NCBI RefSeq assembly: GCF_000400465.1
Contig: NW_008806284.1
Span: 20,001-268,000, forward strand
DNA from: Wallemia ichthyophaga EXF-994
Taxonomy: Eukaryota; Fungi; Basidiomycota
Length of the DNA: 248,000 nucleotides
Direction of reading: 5' to 3'
The notes beneath the pieces are model-generated. The model worked only from the letters and a program-made list of their open reading frames with translations, did no database searches and was not told the DNA's origin. The translations under genes were made by a program, and so were the position numbers. Positions 234,640 through 248,000 of the stretch are shown here, piece after piece (within the stretch, counting starts at the first letter, position 1; every line of letters begins with the position of its first letter).

Positions 234640-235738
234640 GGATTGCAGACTTTCAAAGGCCATCACCAACGTACCTAGCAATACAGTTAGCTTCATACCC
234701 TAAAAAACACACACAACTCACCATTTCTGGGTCCATCTTCTGTCAAAGTCATCGTCTGGATTAACAAAACGCAAATCAGTGCTGAGTCTGATCTTCTCTG
234801 TTTCGTTCACAGACGACGCGTGGATCATGAATGGCTGGTGGAATACCACGTCCCCGTCCTCGAAGTTGGTCATAAGCCACTTCCTTCCGTACACCTTACC
234901 GAAGCCCTGTGCATCGTCTGAGAGGATACCTCCGCGCATCATATTGCTGTTGAAAGCTGACAGACGTTCTTGTGGTGTGAAAGATTTAGCTCTTTCGCTA
235001 AAGTCATTCTCAATTTCCCTGCCAATCTCGTGTGACTTGTCCAGGTAGATCAAGCTCCCACCATTAGCTGCACATGAGCCAATCGGGACCCAGGCGGTCA
235101 AGCTAGTTGGGAGAGCGCCGCGCAGAAATATCTGATCATAATGCACTGCCGTAGCCTCAGAGCCCTTTATGTTTGTCCTGAGCATCTGGCGCTGCAGGAG
235201 GAGAATATTCTCCCAGTCCGTAATCTTACGTACAAAATTATAAAGCTCTGTAAGATTGTCTATTAGAAAGTCAATGCGCGCCGTAAGTCAACCTACCTGG
235301 TATCTTCTGAAATTCTTCGTAGAAATCCGCGTAATGAGCTTCAGTGGCTTTAGTTAAGAACTCGATCTGTTGCGGATCAAGGGTGCCCTCGCCCGTAGCT
235401 GCTGATCCCGGTCCACCGTACTTCTTGGGATCGCCACCTACAAAGATGCCATCAACTGGATCGGTACCCTCCTTGAGCACGCCTGTGCACTTAACAAAGT
235501 CGAAGTACGCTCTCCTCATGTTCTTCACTGCCTCGACCGGCAGCAGCCCCTTCACCAGTACATATCCGTCCTTTATGTACCTCTCCTTGATCAACTCAAC
235601 GGGAGCATCCTTTGAGGTCTCCTTTAGCCAACCAATATTTTCATCTTCGATTGCTCCACCGTTGCTCGTTAATTTAAAGCCTTTTTCCGGTGGTGTGTAT
235701 ACAGGTAAATCGACGCTACGTGCTACTTCTACTGACAT
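234640..235738 (-). CDS. Phytanoyl-CoA dioxygenase family protein
   Basis: HYD..FLRG, TAWVPIG, GDVVFH...IHAS, RLSTDLRF. Confidence 0.85.
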
Positions 235739-235899
235739 TGTGATACTATGTACTTGATGAGATTAAACGCAAGAGCTATTCATCACACTTAAATACCGTT
235801 TAAGCCCATCCAAATCGGTTTTTCAAATTCGCTGACGTCACGAGATAGAATAATCGGATCTTTAACAAAACCTACATTGTCGGTTCGGAATTTTAGATA

Positions 235900-238800
235900 A
235901 ATTGCAATAATGATACAAATTCAGTTTTTATTCTTAAATCTGTGATGAATAGTGGTCAGTTAATACTTTAAACAAGTATAAAAAAAAAACCCACGACAAT
236001 CGGATATCAGTTTGGGTATAGTGTAATCCTTCAAGACCGGCAAAACATGCGGCAATCAGCTGGTTCCAGTCATTAGACCAGGCAACAAGGTAGTCTTCTA
236101 GCGCTTTCCACACGATTTCGATGACCTTAAAGACCTCATTATATCCGACTTCGTCTTCGATGTTAACGTCAAAGTGCTTTTCAACTCGCTTGCGCAAAGC
236201 TTCTGTTGACTTTCTTAGATCTTTGGCTGTAAAGTCTCGCACTATTCTCTTGTACACACTTTTACCAAACGTGGGATGACTAATCATTTCGGACGCTTTG
236301 GTTGTCTTGAGTGCCTTCTCCAGACCCTCAAAGTAGTCTATTTGTTTGTGCAGATGTCTTTTCCATAGCAGCTTCACGTACGATTCCATGTGTGAGCTAT
236401 AGAGCGACTCGGCTGTCACCATGAACGAAGAGAGTGGTTTCATTGGCTTAGCTTTGAACGATTGCAGGAAGTGATGGGAATTTGCTATCATAATGACCTG
236501 CAAATGTTTCAGTCAGTGAACCACCTCCGAAAAAACCCCCACCCACATGCAAATTGAGTGCACCTTTATCCTCGCCATTGACATCTACACTTTCCTCCTC
236601 CTTGGCAATTTGCTTGAGCGAGTCAAACACTTTGCCGATAATCTTATCATAAGCGTCGTTGACGTTCTGGCGTATTTCCATATTGTCGCCCACTATAGAG
236701 AGCTGAGCTTCAATCCTGCCCACAAAAGAAGGTATAATCCGAATGAACGGTGCTACACCCATGCGCTTCTTTGTCGTCAGTTTTGTGTTCTCAATCGCTC
236801 TTATCTGCTCCGAAATGTACTTGGAAAACATATTGTTCAGTCGCATTTTTTGCTTTTTGAGAAGTGAGTGGAGGTAAGGCTGATCTTTGTTGTAAGCATC
236901 CTTCATTGATTTCTCAAGCTGTACAATTATGCCGACTATTTGCCTGTAGCCCAGGTTTTAGAAGAGAAGTGAGTGTAAAAAAACTTACATATTGTCTTTG
237001 ACAAGTGCACCATCTATCCACGATTGCAGGGCCGGAGATAAGAATGAGAATATCGCTTCAAATGCACTCTTGAGGTCAGAAAGCGGTCCAAAGTTAACAG
237101 CACTGAGTGAATCTCTTGCTTTACGTTTGAATGCATCTTCCAAATCGACATATTCCGCGAATGTGGGCGGTGTGTCGAGAATAGCGAGCAAGTCTTGTAA
237201 AAAAACCTCTTCATTCTTCATTTGGGTAGAGATTTGCGTAAGTATTTTTGCTAGCGATTCGTGTGCAGGTATATCGCCCTTTTTGTTATTTTTGGTATCT
237301 AAGCGCTTCTCAGGACGCTTACGACCAGGCTGACTATTGAATCCGTCAATTGGATTGGAAAAGTTAGCATCACTCTCCTCATCTGTGGCTTTGTGGTTGA
237401 GATTTTCATATACCTTCAAAAGTTTGGACATTTCTCTATTGTGTAACTCAGCCGCCGAGCTAAAATAGTTATCACATACTTCCTTGTAGCGATTTTTATC
237501 CATCTCCCTTAGAAAAAGCACCAGACCACAATACCTTCCGAGGTACGATTCCATCTTTTCATGCGATTTAATGATAGGCTTGGCTTCAGAGATTTGTCTT
237601 CCTGCGTCGTTGAGGAGATTGTCGACTTGGAACTTGAACATGATCGAAAGATAGTCGAGCATACGTTTGGCGAATTGCAGAGTGATAGTTCTATACTCGC
237701 TGACACGCTTCTCGTCAACGTCGGGTTGGTCATCATTTGCTTTAATGGCTTTGTAGAGAGTAGCAGCAGCTCTCTCCAGCGCCTCAATACCCTTGTCATT
237801 CTCAAGACTCTCCTTGGTCAACACTATCAAATCGGCCTGATCGACGTCAACATTTGGTGGAGATAATTGGTCTAGTTTTTCAATTTCATTGAGTAGCGCT
237901 TGCTCGTTGTTTATTTGCGTTTGTTTGCCTCGTTGTGATTCAATGTAGCTGATATCTTCACCAACGAGCATAAGATGTGCTCTAAATTTACTAACCAATG
238001 CATCCATATCATCCAGCTCTGCAAGATTTGAGTCGAGGTAATCAAATAAGTAGTCGATGGTATCAACCTGGTCAGAAACAATCGACCTGATCATCGCAGC
238101 TTCGGCGTTGTTGATTTCGTTTGTGAGGGATTGTTCATCTTGTTGACTAATTGCAGAGGAGTCAATATGTGCAGCACTTCTAAGAGATCTCCAGTTTGCA
238201 CCGCCCAAAGCTTCATCAATTTGTTGTATGTCGTTGTACGATTCTGAGGTCGAAGTGTGAGAGTTCTTTCTTGCGAGCGAAGAAAAAGCATCGCCTAAAG
238301 AAGTGTCCGAAGGTCTTGAGAACTTTCTTTTATGAGAACGTTTCTGGATGATTGGGGAGGGAGAGTTATCGAAAGACTGCCTTGGGGTGAGTTTGCTGGT
238401 ATTGAGGCTGAGTTGAGGAGGGGGGACAGGTGGAGAAGGAGGAGTTGGGGAGGCTGCGATAGGGGAAGCAACAGCTGGAGAAGATTGTTTCTGTAAGGGA
238501 GGTATTGGTGAAGATTGTTGGGGTTTTGGTGGCGGTGATACTTGTGTCTGTGGTGATACTTGCTGATGCTGAGGAATTGGGGATAATCGATGTTTTTGTG
238601 GTTGAGAGAGAGTTGGTGGAGGTTGCTGTTGTGGCTGGGGTGGCTGTTGTGGCTGCTGTGGTGGTGAATTTGGTTGCTGAAGCGACGGTTTGGGTTTTTG
238701 CTGTGGTTGTTGTGGTTGCTGGAGTGGTTGGTAAGGTTGCTTGTGCGATTGTTGTGACTGCTGCGACTGCTTCGATTGTTTTGGCTCAGACTGCTGGTGA

Positions 238801-239357
238801 ATAGGTGGCTGTTGACGTTTTCTATGTTGTGTATGTTGATTGTGCTGTGTGTTATGTGTGTTATGTGTGTTATGTGTGCTACCTGTGCTTTGTGTGTGCT
238901 CTGTGTGCTGTCTGCTGTGAGAATTGTCTGAGACATCCGGTCTACTTGGTTTTAAACTAAGAGGTGTGGTTGAATTGTAATGATTTAGAAGTGAAATCTT
239001 ATTATCATAATGAGCATTGTAGTTATTTACTATCGCATCTAAAAAAGGTTTTAATTCAGTAACCCTTTCTGCTTTCCACTGATAAGACTTAGATAAAGTA
239101 AGCTTAAAAGTGTCATAATTGAGCAATTCAACCTTTAAAAGTGCATTTAATAGCCAGAATTTTCCAATAGAGAACGTCCCATTAGAGTTTCTCTTTGATT
239201 TATAGAGAACTGGATGATTCTGGTGAGTATCAAAGGCTAGAAGGAGGTAGCGTGGCTTTGGTGGATCGCCGGGCTCTATAATTTTACAGTGGCTCAAATA
239301 TCTATCCTTGCTGAGACCGGAAAACAGAGAAGATTTAATTTGATCAGATATTTCCAT
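235900..239357 (-). CDS. SEC3: Exocyst subunit Sec3
   Basis: N-terminal PIP2-binding KSKRNSNGTFSIGK.W.L, IESQRG.Q...N...L. Confidence 0.9.
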
Positions 239358-239389
239358 TTCCACGATGACTGTCTGCTTGGAACAGTCAG

Positions 239390-240010
239390 ATGCAATCATC
239401 AAACACTCACTTAGCAAGGCAGTTACAGCAACTCAAAAAATATCCAGTTCAAGGATTTAGCGCTGGATTGGTTGATGACAATAATTTATATGAATGGGAG
239501 ATTATCCTAATAGGTCCTGTAGATACTCTATATGAGGGTGCAATATTGAAGGCAAAATTATACTTCCCAGAGGTTAGTGGGGGAAATCTATGAGTCTATG
239601 TGTACTCAAAGAGTCCCAGGAATACCCATTGCTCCCTCCAAAAATGAAGTTCTTGTCTGAATTGTGGCATCCATCGAGTGGGTTGAGACATATATGTGTA
239701 AAAACAATACTAATAGCATTAAATCAAAGTCTATAACACTCCAGATAGAAAAGGGGAAGTTTGTATTTCAATTCTACACCCACCTGGTGATGATGAATGG
239801 GGTTGGGAGGATGCCTCAGAGAGGTGGTTGCCAGTCCACTCAGTTGAATCAATTCTAATCTCAGTTATTTCCCTCTTGTCTTCAGATACACCTTGTACTG
239901 ACTCACCTGCAAACGTAGACGCTGCAAAACAAGTTAGAGAGGATTTAACTGGATATAGAAAAACAGTACGTAGATTGGCAAGAAAGTCAGCAGAGGATAT
240001 TTGGGAGTGA
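239390..240010 (+). CDS. Ubiquitin-conjugating enzyme (UBE2G/Ubc7-like)
   Basis: [39 protein letters not shown]; multi-exon. Confidence 0.9.
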
Positions 240011-241084
240011 ATTTGGTACACCAAGTATCAATATTTATATCTCAGTTGAATATAAATCACGTTAAATCAAGTTTGTTTAAAACTGTCGTCATCATGAATT
240101 CTGCATATATATTAGTTTCTGTGTTAGTTTGGATTTTAAGGTTGTAAATTAGTCTAATCAGTCACCACCAGACAGCCACTCTCCCCCAACGCTCAAATAA
240201 CAGACACAGGATTCAAACAAATCTTAAACTCATCTTTAATTTCTTTATATGGGGTTGTAAATGGAAGTATACACGTTGATGTCATTGCAGTTACAGATAA
240301 ACTATCAAATGGCTTACAGAAAGTTGGACTCAAATGTGCGCAGGAGTGAGTGACATCGGAGTGTCTAGGAGTAAAAGTCTTATCCCCCTCTCAGACACGC
240401 TCAGCAGGTCAAGAATAGCCTCAGTACTGCTTCAACCACTTCTACGAGATTCTTCGATGACTCCTTCAAGATAAGTGTTGTTGATTCTGGCAATACACCA
240501 ACTATACTCCAACCAATAACAGAATTTGAATACAAGCAAGCACAATTAGCACAATTCAAATGAGCTTTGAGCTGTGCGATTTGGCGTGGTCAACTGATCA
240601 CACCACACCAACGATTCCTAAAGTCTCCGCACCGTCGGCATCAATTGAATTATATTAGACACAAATTAAACCCTCAAAATTAGTAAATGCACGCACTGAA
240701 CAATATTATTATAATTTTAATTACCCTGCCGCACATAATCGATGCGTGCCGCTGTAGCTGAGTGAAATGAAGACCCCAAAATTCGAATGTGACAGCTGCC
240801 ATAGAGATTGCGAGGGCGCTTAAAGGGCTAAGCGAGTTGATATATAAAACCCTCTGTCAGTGAGACAATTTTTGAGCTAGTAATTAATTTGGAACCTGTG
240901 TGCCTTCGGGCGTCGCGTGGCGTGCGTTAGTGGAGTGACAGGAGGTCGGAGCATTTACAGCGGATAAGAATATCCAGTGAGAATACTATGAAACTTCTGT
241001 CCCAGACAATTGCAAGCGTCGCTTGCTCGGTTAACGTAAGATCCGTGTTTTGGGGAGATTTATCATGCAAATTAAATTGATCGT

Positions 241085-241700
241085 ATGTCTCCCACAACCA
241101 ACACGATGATTGTACATCTCCCAAGCAGTTATCATGTACATAAAACGAAAGACGGTGACGAGGTAGAGCTCGTTGATAAACACAAGGGTGGCCATTGGCT
241201 GTTGAAGAGTTTAAGCGAAAAGAACACTTTAAGCTTGATAGATCCAGCAGAAAGACTGTATGCACACTCGAAGCAGCATGGATTCGATTATGAAGTTAAC
241301 TTATCAAATGGTCGCGTCAACATTGATAGGGATAGTTACTTTAACAGTTTGAGCTACTTGTTTGCGTTGCCTTCTGGAGTAAATTGCTCAGTAAAGTCAA
241401 GTGATTTTTACAATCTTAGAGTGGTTGACTTGGAAACGGATAAGACACTGGCTACCTATTCGAAGCATAAGCACGGATTATCACTTCACAAGTACTCGAC
241501 GTTGAAAATAAATCCTGATTTGTCAGATCACGATAAGTTGCTGCTTATTATGGTTTGTCTGCAGGTGAGTGAAGTAAACTGAGACATTCTACATTAATGC
241601 TTACAAAGATGAACAGATGAGCAGAATTGAAAGGCAACCAAAGTCAAATCATCATCATCACTTGAAGCAGCTATTGCCACTATCTTCATCTACTAGCTCA
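241085..241700 (+). CDS. Hypothetical protein (Tubby-C/LURP-like?)
   Basis: 165 aa ORF with beta-rich pattern. Confidence 0.45.
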
Positions 241701-241931
241701 CTGAGTTCCTTAACATCACTCAATAACTTTCTCCATTCTCATACGTCGAGTCCTTCTAGCTCACCTAAGCTACACAAAAACTCAATATGAAAAACATTCA
241801 AGAAAAACTTGATATACCCAACTGATGCTGATTTCAACTTACGATATAAACTCATGACATATGCAATTTGTAACAGAACTGTATAACTTATTTTGTAGCA
241901 AATATTTGAATAAAAATAGATGAAAAACAAT

Positions 241932-242693
241932 TCAAACAATAGTTTCAAGTTCTTTAGCGTAATTGAGGGAGTGAGATATCATGTTATGAGAAGGAAGTGA
242001 GAACTTTTGCTTTTCAATGCCAGTTATGCTGTTTAGGTCTTTGAAGATGACGTGTTGGGTGGAAGGGGAAATGGTCCAACCTCTGGAAGTAGCGAATTGA
242101 GTTAGTTGAGCAGGGGAGTTGAAGAAGAGGAGAGTAGCAGCGTCATTGATTGGTAAAGAATCGTAAGCCTTCTCTTCACAGGAAGCGATTTCATTTCTAA
242201 TAGTTTCCAAGAAGGCCAACCAAATCCAATGGCCAGCTAACTCAATTTCAGGCTTTGAATCCCAAACTTTGCTGTAAGAACCTTCCATGATCCATCTTTC
242301 TAATTTAATGGGAGTTTGAATGTGAAAGTTGGATAATAAGTGGATAGGGATAGACTCAAGGAGGGTGTGGAAGTCAGAGATTCTATTTTGAGTGAGATAT
242401 ATGAGTAATTGTAGGGCAATGATCTTTGGTTGATTGGTGGAGTCGTTTGTAAGTGACCAGAAAGGGTTCAATAGGTTTATATAGCGTTCGAAAGATTTCA
242501 AATCTTGTGAGGTGATTGAGTGGAGTGCACCAACTTCTAATATATCCCTAGAAACTTGTAAATCGACCATATCACTTCTAGTTGAGGGGATAAGTAGATT
242601 CGACTGTGACATTAGAAGTTTTGCTTCGTTTAAGCCCTCAACAACACGCTCTCCTTTTTCTATTCTCTGTTTTATTTCAAATAATTTTGACAT
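241932..242693 (-). CDS. RPN12: Proteasome lid subunit Rpn12
   Basis: RDILEVGA, FHTLLE, LERWIMEGSY. Confidence 0.92.
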   Translation of the reverse strand: MSKLFEIKQRIEKGERVVEGLNEAKLLMSQSNLLIPSTRSDMVDLQVSRDILEVGALHSITSQDLKSFERYINLLNPFWSLTNDSTNQPKIIALQLLIYLTQNRISDFHTLLESIPIHLLSNFHIQTPIKLERWIMEGSYSKVWDSKPEIELAGHWIWLAFLETIRNEIASCEEKAYDSLPINDAATLLFFNSPAQLTQFATSRGWTISPSTQHVIFKDLNSITGIEKQKFSLPSHNMISHSLNYAKELETIV

Positions 242694-242776
242694 GATGGTT
242701 GTGCTAGTCCAAGATTACGATTACGTATACCCAGCACTCAGACAGCCATCAACTAAATTATAATTTAATATAAAAA

Positions 242777-243566
242777 ATGGATTTACGCAGCGCTATGACA
242801 CATGCAGACGCCCAAAGATTAAAGAAGGGTGAAGTAAACCTTGGTACATCGATTATGGCAGTTGAATTTGAAGGTGGAGTTGTCATCGGTGCTGATTCAA
242901 GGACTACGATGGGCAGTTATATCGTGGGTTTTGATTGGTCAAACGTTATCCACGCCTTACGCCTCCTCTCTACAGGCTAACAGAGTCACCGATAAACTGA
243001 CTCACATTCATGATCGCATTTATTGCTGTAGATCTGGTTCAGCTGCTGATACTCAAGCGGTGGCTGATATCGTTGCATATCACTTATCCATGTTCTCGGT
243101 TCAACAAGGTGAAAGACCAAATACACACACCGCTGCTGCATTATTCAATCAACTCTGTTACGGCAATAAGGATAGGTTATCTGCTGGTATCATTGTTGCT
243201 GGTTATGACAAGGAAAATGGCGGTAGCGTCTACAATATACCCCTCGGTGGTGGTATGTTTAAGCAACCATGGGCAATCGGTGGTAGTGGCTCTACTTACG
243301 TTTACGGTTATTGTGATGCAACCTACAAAGATGGAATGAACAAAGATGAAACTGTTCATTTCGTTAAGAACACTCTCGCTCTCGCCATGTCTAGAGATGG
243401 TAGCTCTGGTGGGACTATTAGAATGTGTGTCATTACTGATGATGGTGTACAACGCCTATTCGTACCTGGAAATGAATTACCTCAATTCTGGGAACCTCAA
243501 GTAAATGTAAACAAACCGGCTCATCAACTAGCCATGGAAGCTGAAGGTGATATTATGGTTCATTAA
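242777..243566 (+). CDS. PRE3: Proteasome beta1 subunit
   Basis: GEVNLG|TSIMAV, GADSRTT, RSGSAAD, GGSGSTY, RDGSSGG. Confidence 0.95.
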
Positions 243567-243668
243567 AATGGCTCAATTTATCTTTTTGTAAGAATACACG
243601 TAGTTTTTATATTAAGATTCTTTTAATACGCTTTTCAACCACGCTTTCTACCATTACATGCCTCATAT

Positions 243669-244540
243669 ATGCCTGCATACGCAGACAATTATCCTGCATC
243701 TACAAACAATGGCCCTGTTATTCTCACTATAGACGGTTTAAATGAGGAGTCTTGTGAAACTGAATATACCATGGAATTAGATGCTATGGATACCGAAACA
243801 GACTCATTAAACGTCGTTGACAACCAAATTGATGATATAATGGCTGTTGATGTACATACCGTGTGTTTGCCCATTTAATGTTCTGCACTTTGTAATTCTT
243901 CTTATTCCCTACAGGACACCTTCCCTTCAAGTGTACTCATCCTCGATACGAACATTCTGATATCCAATCTGGATTTCCTCAAATCTCTCCACTCTCTCCT
244001 TCGCTCAAACCTCTGTCCACCATTCGGTATCGTCGTACCTGATATCGTCATACGCGAACTCGACGCACAGAAAGATAGCAATCGTGGTATATCTCATTTA
244101 TCACGCGCAGCACTAAGTTGGTGTCTTGATTGTGCTAAATCGAGCAATAGTCTGGTTAAATTTGAGAGAAGCAGTCTAATTGATGCTGTGGGTGAGGTAC
244201 ATTACAAAGCTAATAAAGATAACAATAATAAAAATAGGAGAATGATGTGAGCGTAAATTCACACTCTCGAACTTCTCTCACAAGTCCCCTCTCAACCTCC
244301 ACAGGATAGAATCATCGGTTGTGCAGCTCATCTTCAATCTAAAATCGTTGTCTTGCTCTTTACGAATGATAAATCTCTGGCTATCAAAGCCGAGAGTGTT
244401 GGTGGGTAGGTTACCCTCCTTTAACCCTCTCACAACTCTCCCAGGCATTCAAACAATCTCGACTTCAGAAAGTGAAATTTCTCACCTACGTGAGATAGCA
244501 GGTGACAAGTCTTCTCAGGCGTCTAGATATTCAAGCTAAC
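243669..244540 (+). CDS. PIN-domain protein (Swt1-like)
   Basis: LILDTNIL, VPDIVIRELD, ND.RI, TNDKSL..KA; multi-exon. Confidence 0.72.
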
Positions 244541-244647
244541 ACTAGGTGCTAAATACTTAAAAAAGTAGACTAAACCGTTTATACAAGTCAAATACAAAGA
244601 AAAAAACAACAGTAACACGTGTATTATAAAAATAAGTAGATTATAAA

Positions 244648-246548
244648 TTATAAACGTTGCGATTCTATATACGTCCCCACAGCGCGCACTTCATCACCGT
244701 TAGCCTTCTTCAAATGATTCCTTAGATCACTTTTCGCCGCCTGGGGGAGAAGGTTCTCAAGTCTATTCAAACTTGCTTTGAAAGCCGGGCTCATTTCTTC
244801 TGCAGGTTTCTTACTCGATTGTCTCACAGGTGCAGGTGTACTAGCTCGCAACTCGTATTTACTAGGCGGCTTGAGATTAGCCAATCCAGGAAATGGTTCT
244901 GGGTTGAGCACGTGAGTTAAATTAAAAATACTACTGTTGCGACTCTTGCTAGGTTTAGCACGTGGTCCAGTGGGTGCGCGCTCAAGGCCATCTAAATTTA
245001 TATGTGATGTGGACGCTGCTGAGACGTGTCTAGGGGTTTTGTGTGAAGATCCACGAGCTGGTACTGTCACCTCCTTATTATCCTTCCCGCTTATAGTCGT
245101 AGGTGTTGATGTAGTTGTACTTGCTGTACTCGTGCTTACGCCAGTAGCCGGTGTATCCCGCTCCACCATCTCTTCGCTGCGATTAGGGCTCCGAGGGGGA
245201 GTCGTCCCGGGCGTTGTCGTGTAGAGTGGCGGTGATATGGATGAAATTGATGAAGGTAGGTCTGCATCTTTGCTAATAGGTGATGGATGTCCAATTTGCA
245301 GCTTCTTCGGTGGTGATTTTGCACTCGTCCGTCGACCAAGATTGGCAAAGAAACCAGCAGCACGACTAGCCTTAACGGTAGCTGTACTCCGTGGTGAGCT
245401 GATAGCGCTGCTAGTGCTACCAGTTTTTTTTACCATAGCCGCTGCGCCAGGATAAGGGAGATGCTCAGGTATTTTATCAGGCGGGCTATCGCCAGCAACA
245501 GCTTTAGTGAGATCGTGGGCAACATTAATATCACTGCCTGGACGAAGTGGGAAGGTTGAGTTAGTAGCAAAGGACGCAGAACTATGTTGGCGATCTTGAA
245601 TGCTGGGACGTTCTTGGTGATAAGGGACGACTGGAGTGGACATGTAAGGACTATTAGAAGTTTGGGCATTACTTGAGTGTATACTTGGAGCATTTGATGG
245701 TGATTGAGTAGCTTGGCGGTTGATTTCGTCATTATTTTCCATAACATCTGTCTCGCCTGCGTCAGATTGAATACTCTGTTGACTTTTCTCGCGCTTATAG
245801 CGTTCACTATGAAATACGAGAGGTGGTGGGCTGTAGCTGCGTGGCCTGCCTTCACCACCGACGCAACGAAGCCAGACTTGCAAGCCGCTCGCAGCTCTAG
245901 CAAGAGCGTTAATAGCCTCTGCGGTGCGCATAACACGGTCAGATGTAGACGAGGCACCGTTATAGGTAGCCTTAGAAGAGAAAGCATTAGGAAGGGGCAT
246001 ATCACGGGTGATTGAAACAGGGTCACAGTTGTCTGTGGGTGAGGGGAGGTCGATAGTGCTGTCAGAAGAGCGAGAGGAGCGAGAGGAGTGAGAGTAGACT
246101 GAATGAGCGTCATTTAGAGCAGCAGTTGACATTTGGCTAATCGCACTGCCTCTTCTCTTAAGGAGAATATCTGAAGGGATATGACCAATGCTAGTGCCGT
246201 GACTGTCAAATGTGTTCAGAAATAGGATAATGGTGAAGAAGAAGCCACGCACTCAACATCCACGCCGTGATAACTGCCAACTTTTACAGGGCCTTGTTCA
246301 CCACCGCTCGTGTACACATTCAAATGAGGATAATCACTGCTGTCCATACGCTCCATAACAGATATCTGTCTATTCGATTTGTCTACATCGTTCAATGTAC
246401 CACCAGAACTGTATTTACTCGATGGAGAAGACGAAGAAGAGGCATCGCCCGTTTCAGCGATGTAAGCGTAGTAATCAAGTACGCTGGCATTTGTATAGCG
246501 CTTATCATTATCCCCGTTGAAATCTCTGTTTTCTGTATTTTCTGTCAT
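244648..246548 (-). CDS. Low-complexity protein with C-terminal CUE/UBA-like motif
   Basis: S/T/P-rich; C-terminal L..LLPQA...L..HL.KA.GDE..AVG.Y. Confidence 0.6.
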
Positions 246549-246983
246549 GATGGTTTACGCAAGAGAAGGCCAGGCTAATCCTCAGCAAGTTACACAATTT
246601 GGTCCAGTTACAGGTACTTGGTGGACTTAAGCGGACGGTGCGAAATACTCCACCAGTGTATGTAAATCACTTGAATTAATTTTGTTTTAATTGAATTTAC
246701 CTGATTAAATTTCAAAGACAATGCACCTCCACTTGGCTGTGTGGCTATGGGTGGCTTTGAATCTATGGATATACTTGAATAATTTCAAATCCACATCTAT
246801 AAAGTATTTCCGCAAATTAATTGTAAAAACTTGTAAACACTTGCTTACTCACGCACGGATCACTATAAGCAGTAACACAAGGGTCATGTAATTGGGGTTT
246901 TATATCAAAATACAAATACTTTTCATTCATTATTTGTACTTATTCTTTACTACGCGTATCTCCGATGATCTGCACTCACTCTC

Positions 246984-247882
246984 ATGACATCTCTCAATCT
247001 ACCCCATAAATACGCGTATCTGCGTAGATTGCTTGATAGAGCCATTAAATACTATCGAGATCTAAGCACCTCCTCCAAATTACTCCTCTGTTTCGCTATT
247101 GGCGTACATCAGTTATTCGCTTTGGTTGTCTGGTACTACGGACCAAAGGAAATATTCGGATACATTGCAAATACCGCTCTCTCTCTTCAGCAACTCAGCT
247201 TCGGCTGGCTGATTCTCGTTATATCCCTCGTCATTGCCTCTTTCCCTCCCATGATTGGCTATGGCATGCTTATATCTGTATGTGGCTTCGTTTATGGTTT
247301 CCCCTTGGGTATTCTCCCTGCTGGAATCGGCTCACTTGTGTGTCTCACACGTCACCCACATTCCTCACCCACTTACTCCCCTAAAAACAGTCAGGCGCAA
247401 GCTCCGTCTTCTTAATTAGCAGACAACTCCAAAAGACCCGTCTTTTCGGGAGCAAGTTGAGAGCTCTCTCTGTCTCTACAAAGTTTCAGGCGATAAGCAC
247501 CGCGATAACAGATCGCGGCATTGGTTTGGTCGTTCTCCTCAGACTCTGCCCTATTCCTCCCTGGGTATACAGCAATCTCGGCTTTAGTCTCCTTCCACCT
247601 GATAAACTCACCTTCACTCAGTTTTTCTTCGCTACCATTCTCAGTACACCACGCCTTTTCCTCCATGTCTTTATCGGTTCACGCGTATTTGCCCTTTCTG
247701 ACCCAAATAATCAACTCGATAGCACCACCAAGATTCTCGATATTACTGGTATTGTCGCAGGTATGGTCCTCTCCACCCTGCTAGGATGGTATGTGTATAG
247801 GGTTACAATGCACAAAATCAGTCAAAGCGTCGATGAAGAGTATAACATTGATAATGAAAGTCTATTATCTGAATTGAGGTGA
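246984..247882 (+). CDS. TVP38: Tvp38/SNARE-associated Golgi protein
   Basis: SFPPMIGY, LLRLCP.PPW.YSN, PRLFLHVFIG. Confidence 0.88.
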
Positions 247883-248000
247883 ATATTAACGCATTCGCAT
247901 TATTTTCTACTTGGATTCCTGATGTCTTTGTCTATGTCCTTATTTGTGATCTCTTTTTGCTTTCTTAAGCTTGATATTTGGTATTAAGTGTATATGACAA

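Noticed and set aside
240309-240570. Possible small spliced gene between the E2 enzyme and the 241085 ORF
   Set aside because: A frame of about 50-60 aa can be built, but the splice sites are ambiguous and no family was recognised.

Overview
Compact, intron-rich eukaryotic chromosome segment from a basidiomycete fungus. The very short intergenic regions, short GTGAGT...CTAAC...AG introns and gene content resemble Wallemia, but this taxonomic call is an inference. About 145 protein-coding genes are recognisable, mostly housekeeping: ribosomal proteins, actin, H3/H4, CDC48, clathrin, myosin V, HSP70, PMA1, ENA, NHX1. There is one intron-containing tRNA-Glu(TTC) and a four-member box C/D snoRNA cluster. 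I found no rRNA, CRISPR array or intact transposon. Most notable: (1) a free-standing ErdS-type DUF2156 aminoacyl-tRNA:lipid transferase set head-to-head (about 80 bp) with an ErdH/Say1-like hydrolase, beside a steroid-reductase-like gene and a sphingolipid C9-methyltransferase; (2) an ENA Na+-ATPase gene bracketed by a near-identical direct repeat of about 420 bp; (3) four snoRNAs in successive introns that begin just after the TUM1 stop codon, with guides matching U6, the LSU A-loop and 18S; (4) an AT-rich, gene-free block of about 6.3 kb, a candidate centromere; (5) a tightly linked acetate kinase-phosphoketolase pair plus an inverted, decayed phosphoketolase copy that appears to contain the tRNA gene; (6) an island of about 8 kb of orphan and decaying genes. 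All gene names come from recognising sequence by eye, with no database search. Coordinates of multi-exon genes are outer bounds and can be off by tens of bases.
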